The notes beneath the pieces are model-generated. The model saw nothing but the letters and a program-made list of their open reading frames with translations, made no database searches and had not been told where the DNA came from. Both the position numbers and the translations under genes were made by a program. Shown piece by piece: positions 27,476 to 32,000 of a DNA stretch of 32,000 nt. Within the stretch, counting starts at the first letter, position 1. Each line of letters begins with the position of its first letter. The stretch is from Candidatus Thorarchaeota archaeon (GTDB lineage Archaea; Asgardarchaeota; Thorarchaeia; Thorarchaeales; Thorarchaeaceae): NCBI GenBank assembly GCA_008080745.1, contig SHMX01000001.1, forward strand, positions 480,001-512,000, in the 5' to 3' direction.

Positions 27476-28624
27476 TTAGCTTAGTTTTTGTTTCTTCTCG
27501 CGCTTTCGAGAATACCATGAATGGTCATCAATATTTTTAGAGAGTTCCCAAGCTCTTGTTTGGTAGAAATCAAGAGGATGGAGAACATATTCACAGAGAT
27601 CGTCCCAAGCCTCTCCAAGATAAACGGGACAGAGGTGATTCCCCTGCATCTTGTCACAAGCAGGTGGGGTATATCCCTCTCCTGCAGACTTTGAAGAGAT
27701 GTGTCTGACCTGATATTCGGCTAGACTCCGTACATAATCGGGTGCCGCCTTGAATACTCCCATCACCTCCTTTTCACTCATGCCAATTTTTAGAAGAAAA
27801 GCAGCCAGAGCGAAACGAGCTTCATGGGAAAGATTCTTTCCAGCCACTGATTCAGCATATATTATTGAGATACATGGAGGAAATGCACCTTTTGATTCAT
27901 CGGAAAATTCAATGGGTTTTGTGCTTCTGATTTTGGTTGTTAGCTCGGTCTCAATTGATTGCACAATTTCGGTCAACCGAGTGGGAAGGGTTGGTACATC
28001 AGAGGTGCTTTCTAAAATCAGGTCATTGAACTTACCAGAAATCAGCCGTTCTAGTTCCTTTTTGGCAATATAGACCATGCCGGCATCCACATGTCTGTTG
28101 ACTAATTTCCATTTATCATGATGAAATTTAGGTGCGACCTGAAGAAAGTTCTGAAAAGCAATTTTGAATTCAAATGGTTGAAGAATGGATGAAAGATGGC
28201 TTCGTTCCAAGATCTCGCCCTGCCATTCTAATTCCCAACCAAATGCGGATTCAGCAAGATACTCTAAAATTTCGTACTTCTCCCTAGATAAATAAGACCG
28301 CACAGATTTAGATTCAGCCACTGCTTGATAGGACCGTAATCGGACGTTTCCAATCTTTTCAACAATTAATCGCGCAGTAGGATAGATCAATACATCACGT
28401 TCATCATTGGTATTGACTAGACGAATGGGTTTTCTATCTAATGCATTGAGCACCCGTTCACCTGCTTCTTCTACAATATACCGATTATTGCTCTCACCCA
28501 AGAATTTGGATAGATCTCGTAGGTCCCTAGCAAACTTCTGGGATGCTCGACGAGCCTCCACAGAGAACGGATATTGAAGCATCTGTATTCTGGTAAGCAT
28601 GATGAGGGCCTCTTTAGTGTTCAA
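27476..28624 (-). CDS. priL: DNA primase large subunit
   Basis: YPFS, WKLVNR..DAG.V, FPPCI, LSHEARF, YQVRHI, YTPPAC...LCP...LC...HPL.FY Fe-S domain. Confidence 0.95.
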   Translation of the reverse strand: MNTKEALIMLTRIQMLQYPFSVEARRASQKFARDLRDLSKFLGESNNRYIVEEAGERVLNALDRKPIRLVNTNDERDVLIYPTARLIVEKIGNVRLRSYQAVAESKSVRSYLSREKYEILEYLAESAFGWELEWQGEILERSHLSSILQPFEFKIAFQNFLQVAPKFHHDKWKLVNRHVDAGMVYIAKKELERLISGKFNDLILESTSDVPTLPTRLTEIVQSIETELTTKIRSTKPIEFSDESKGAFPPCISIIYAESVAGKNLSHEARFALAAFLLKIGMSEKEVMGVFKAAPDYVRSLAEYQVRHISSKSAGEGYTPPACDKMQGNHLCPVYLGEAWDDLCEYVLHPLDFYQTRAWELSKNIDDHSWYSRKREKKQKLS

Positions 28625-28818
28625 TAGAAGAGTGGCTTGTAGTCATCATATCCTTTATCGTAAAACTTGCTCCCACATGAATTACATTTGAAAATTTGTA
28701 TCCCGCGCGCACGAGCCCAACGTTCAAGTACACGTTCAATACGTTCACTCCCACATTTGGGGCATTTCAATTCTTCATCATTATATGCCCATGGTGAATC
28801 ACGACGGCTGCTTGGCAA
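28621..28818 (-). CDS. Small Zn-ribbon protein, translationally coupled to priL
   Basis: CPKC-22aa-CNSC. Its TGA overlaps the priL TTG start. Confidence 0.75.
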   Translation of the reverse strand: MPSSRRDSPWAYNDEELKCPKCGSERIERVLERWARARGIQIFKCNSCGSKFYDKGYDDYKPLFY

Positions 28819-28837
28819 ATTATTACCTCAATTATTA

Positions 28838-29500
28838 TTATTGTCCGGACCCTTTTATTCCCAATACTATCGCACGAATCGGGTCTAGTTGAACTGATTT
28901 GGTCCCGGAGAATCCTTCCCTAATGAGAATATCTTCTATATCACTGATAGAATGCTTACACATATGGGGATATCGTTTGCGCGCTTTCTCTGGATCCATG
29001 TGTCCTTCAGACATTATCTTGACGAACTCATCAGGGTTTCCAGAAACAAAATCATAAACCACATATCCACCCTTGAAATTTATGGTCCTATAGATCTGCT
29101 GAACAAAATCATACGGATCAGCAACTTCATGAAGTACATACCCTGAAAAACCCAAGTCAACAGATTGTGTGGGCAGGTTAATTCTACTTTTGTCAAAATC
29201 TTGCTCTATCAATTCGACCTTTACTTTAGATAAATTTGCCAAGGATATTTCTCGGGCGTAAGATAGCATCTCTTTGCTTGCATCGATTCCAATAATCTTG
29301 GATGCATTGAATTCCTTCACAGCATCTCGTAGGAAGAGTCCAGGACCACATCCAAAATCACCTAGAGTATGGATAGACACAGATTCTACTAATTGAACTA
29401 GCTCCTTCCAGAAATGATCCCCATATCGCCGATGATAGGAATCAGCAATGCTCTTAACGCGATCGGAATCACTCCAGTCAGCCTTTGCTAAGTCCGCCAC
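28838..29500 (-). CDS. Class I SAM-dependent methyltransferase
   Basis: LGDFGCGPG, IIGIDAS, VLHEV, YDF. GTG at 29500 directly follows the upstream stop. Confidence 0.9.
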   Translation of the reverse strand: MADLAKADWSDSDRVKSIADSYHRRYGDHFWKELVQLVESVSIHTLGDFGCGPGLFLRDAVKEFNASKIIGIDASKEMLSYAREISLANLSKVKVELIEQDFDKSRINLPTQSVDLGFSGYVLHEVADPYDFVQQIYRTINFKGGYVVYDFVSGNPDEFVKIMSEGHMDPEKARKRYPHMCKHSISDIEDILIREGFSGTKSVQLDPIRAIVLGIKGSGQ

Positions 29501-29501
29501 C

Positions 29502-30041
29502 TTAGTGCCGTCCCAGGATATAATCAGAACGCAATAACAGGTCCAAAAACTCGTGGAGACTTTGACGTAAAATCTCAGGATCACTATACAGTTTTTTTAA
29601 TGCTACCTTTCGTTGTTCAATAGAAGGATTGCTCTTCTCATTGATGAGTTTGTATACGGTATTAGGACGTTCAGCCCATCTGCAAAGCTCTTGTAACTCT
29701 TCATTAAGGAACAAGACAACAGGGGTCTTTCGTTTCCCATTAACCCGAAAATTCTGGTGGAAGCGTGCATGTTTATCACTATCGAGAATACGCAACTCTA
29801 CTTTTGGTGATAGAGATGCCATTCTGGCAAGAACGGGGAGATTTCCAGCAGTATCATTACAACGATCAGTGCCTATGACAAGAATGTTAATTCTGTTTTG
29901 AATGGTTCTCAAAATATCCTGCTCGTGTTCATTTAGCATCAGATCATTAAATCGTGCTTTCATTATTTCAACATTCTCACGAGCTGCTTTCAGAAATTCC
30001 TCGTATGTTATAGCCTCATTATACTCTGTGATTTCAGACAT
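29502..30041 (-). CDS. Thioredoxin-like protein (Thioredoxin_9-type)
   Basis: TYEEF, LVIGTDRCNDTAGNLPVL, LRILDSD, NGKRKTP, WAERP. Start 30041 or 30062. Confidence 0.8.
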   Translation of the reverse strand: MSEITEYNEAITYEEFLKAARENVEIMKARFNDLMLNEHEQDILRTIQNRINILVIGTDRCNDTAGNLPVLARMASLSPKVELRILDSDKHARFHQNFRVNGKRKTPVVLFLNEELQELCRWAERPNTVYKLINEKSNPSIEQRKVALKKLYSDPEILRQSLHEFLDLLLRSDYILGRH

Positions 30042-30193
30042 GCGTACCACTTCAATATTCAAAGAATTCGCTGTAGGTACAGCACCTTGATGAATATACT
30101 AATTGGATAAAAGACTTATCGGTCAAGTAGAAAACTCAAAATTTCGTCAGAAATCAGAATAATATTAGAAAAAATAAGCATCTCTATATCAAG

Positions 30194-30898
30194 ATGGTTG
30201 TATATGACACTATGGCACCAGAGTATGCAGAGAAATTTGTCGAAGACCTACAGAGTAGAGGTTCAGCAGAAACGGCTAAACACATTGCCCGATACCTAAA
30301 AACAAGCCAGCTTGAATTCTATGGACTCCACCTTCCAGTTATTCACAAAATAACGACGAAGTATACCAAAAAAATGATACTATCAGATCTGAAGGAACTG
30401 ATGCTTGATCTTTGGAAAAAACCAATATTTGAAGTGAGAAGAGCAGCTATCAATATCTTGGAAAAGTATGCCAAGGCAGGGGCGGTCTATCCAACACTAA
30501 AGATTGCTTCCGACTGGATTAGAGAAATCGATACCTGGGCGTTGCTTGATCCTCTAGCAACACCTTGTCTAGGGATTCTCCTTCTTCGAGATTGGGCTGT
30601 CGAGAAGACTTTGATATCATGGCAAGAAAGTGATAACTTCTGGAGAAGAAGAGCGTCCGTACTACCATATCACCATCTCTGCCGAACGAAAATCTACAAG
30701 GAGGAATACACTGAGAAGATTGTTAGCGCAGTCCTACCTCATATCACAGATAAAGAGTTCTTTGTTGGTAAGGCAGCAGGATGGGGTTTACGAGAGCTAA
30801 GCAAGAAAAATCCTACAGCGGTTCGAGAATTCATAGAGCAGTATGGGAATAAAATGACTGCCTTGGTCAGACGTGAGGGAAGCAAAAAATTGGAATAG
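30194..30898 (+). CDS. AlkD-like DNA alkylation repair protein (HEAT-like repeat glycosylase)
   Basis: IDTWALLD, DNFWRRRAS, EFFVGKAAGWGLRE, LVRREG.K. Confidence 0.88.
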   Translation: MVVYDTMAPEYAEKFVEDLQSRGSAETAKHIARYLKTSQLEFYGLHLPVIHKITTKYTKKMILSDLKELMLDLWKKPIFEVRRAAINILEKYAKAGAVYPTLKIASDWIREIDTWALLDPLATPCLGILLLRDWAVEKTLISWQESDNFWRRRASVLPYHHLCRTKIYKEEYTEKIVSAVLPHITDKEFFVGKAAGWGLRELSKKNPTAVREFIEQYGNKMTALVRREGSKKLE

Positions 30899-30945
30899 TT
30901 TCGGTAATCTGTTTTACTTTTATTATTGTTTTGAGAGCATAAGAT

Positions 30946-31287
30946 ATGATGGATATGCTAGCATACTGCGGCCTCGACTGCAAGGAGTGTCCCGCATATC
31001 GCGCAAAACGCAGTGAGGACAAGTACCTACAGGAGAAGACCGCAAAGGAGTGGTCAACAGCGGAATGGACTGTTGAGCCTGAAGAGGTTAGCTGCGATGG
31101 TTGCAAATCTGATGGGGACTTATTCAAGCATTGTGCAGTCTGTAGAGTCAAATCTTGTGCCAAAACCAGAAACGTAACAACCTGTGCCCACTGTGAGGAT
31201 TACAAGTGTGATAAACTAGAAACTCTATTAGACGTACTTGGAAAAAACGCACGAACTAGATTAGATAAAATAAGATCAACTCTCTGA
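30946..31287 (+). CDS. DUF3795 family cysteine-rich protein
   Basis: AYCGLDCKECP...CDGC...C.V..C....V..CA.C..Y.C. Confidence 0.85.
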   Translation: MMDMLAYCGLDCKECPAYRAKRSEDKYLQEKTAKEWSTAEWTVEPEEVSCDGCKSDGDLFKHCAVCRVKSCAKTRNVTTCAHCEDYKCDKLETLLDVLGKNARTRLDKIRSTL

Positions 31288-31313
31288 AAACTTTAAGGAG
31301 TAACCGAGATATA

Positions 31314-32000
31314 ATGAGACGCGGAGGAGTAGCAGATCTCAAACTGCATCCGGGTAAAGCACCCCATTGGTTAGTCAAACGAATGATACCCATGGCTAGT
31401 GCAATCTGCGCATTCATTGTTGATGAATACGGTCCAAAAGAACTACTCAATCGATTATCAGATCCTGTATGGTTTCAAGCTCTTTCTAACGCTCTGGGAT
31501 ACGATTGGGATTCATCCGGTTCAACTACTGTCACTTGTGGAGTGCTAAAGACCGCACTGAATTTTGAAACTCACAGGATGGTGGGAGTTGGTGGGAAGGG
31601 CTTGGTCTCTCGTAAAGTTCCAGATAGATTGATTGCTCTGGAGGACTTTGGACTGGATGGTGCGAGACTTGCATCAATAAGTAGAGCGGTTGCTAAGGTG
31701 GATAATGCAGCTATTCAAGATGGTTATCAACTCTATCAACATGTGTTCTTCGTTGATGAAGAGGAGAATTGGACCGTTGTCCAACAGGGGATGGACCAAG
31801 ATTCAAATGATGCTAGAAGATATCACTGGACCTCCTCAGAATTTCAGGACTTTATTGATGAGCCGCATTCCGGAATGATTTCTGGACAAGTGAAACGGGC
31901 AACACTTGACCTTACATCTAAAGTCTCGGATGATTGTCGAAAAACATCATTGGATGTTGTGAAAGAAAAACCCATTCGCATTCGGAGAATGTTTGAAGAC
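31314..32000 (+). CDS. DUF763 family protein (5' part, runs off the window; absent from ORF track)
   Basis: Manual translation: MRRGGVADLKLHPGKAPHWL..RM...RLSDPVWFQAL...LGYDWDSSGSTTVTCGVLK...SRAVAKVDNAAIQDGYQLYQH...WTVVQQGM...ARRYHW. Confidence 0.93.
   Translation, partial: MRRGGVADLKLHPGKAPHWLVKRMIPMASAICAFIVDEYGPKELLNRLSDPVWFQALSNALGYDWDSSGSTTVTCGVLKTALNFETHRMVGVGGKGLVSRKVPDRLIALEDFGLDGARLASISRAVAKVDNAAIQDGYQLYQHVFFVDEEENWTVVQQGMDQDSNDARRYHWTSSEFQDFIDEPHSGMISGQVKRATLDLTSKVSDDCRKTSLDVVKEKPIRIRRMFED

Noticed and set aside
28621-28818. IS1/InsA remnant interpretation of the Zn-ribbon ORF
   Set aside because: No transposase ORF, terminal inverted repeats or target duplication nearby, and the ORF is tightly coupled to priL.
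30070-30083. GCTGTA-gg-TACAGC palindrome upstream of the thioredoxin-like gene
   Set aside because: A single 6-bp inverted repeat with no second copy seen; insufficient support.

Overview
Gene-dense archaeal chromosomal window, about 40% GC by eye. Archaeal origin is supported by archaeal-type TpiA, FBP aldolase/phosphatase, ABCE1 and PriL. An Asgard (Thorarchaeia-like) source is my impression from the gene repertoire and was not tested. It carries about 28 CDS: gluconeogenesis, translation recycling, DNA replication/repair, a five-gene MacB/LolCDE-type ABC cluster with a membrane-anchored serine hydrolase, and a tandem pair of membrane-anchored proteins with Ca-binding repeats. No CRISPR array, tRNA, rRNA or transposase was seen. 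The main items missed by the ORF track are two well-formed intergenic box C/D guide RNAs (6722-6794 +, 26425-26491 -) with GUGA D' boxes compensated by a C in box C'. Other highlights: ABCE1 with Glu replacing an Fe-S Cys ligand; two paralogous M28-fold proteins lacking most metal ligands; an ABC ATPase fused to AbrB-like and Zn-ribbon domains; and structured leaders on tpiA and fbp. All protein calls are motif recognition by eye, without database searches.
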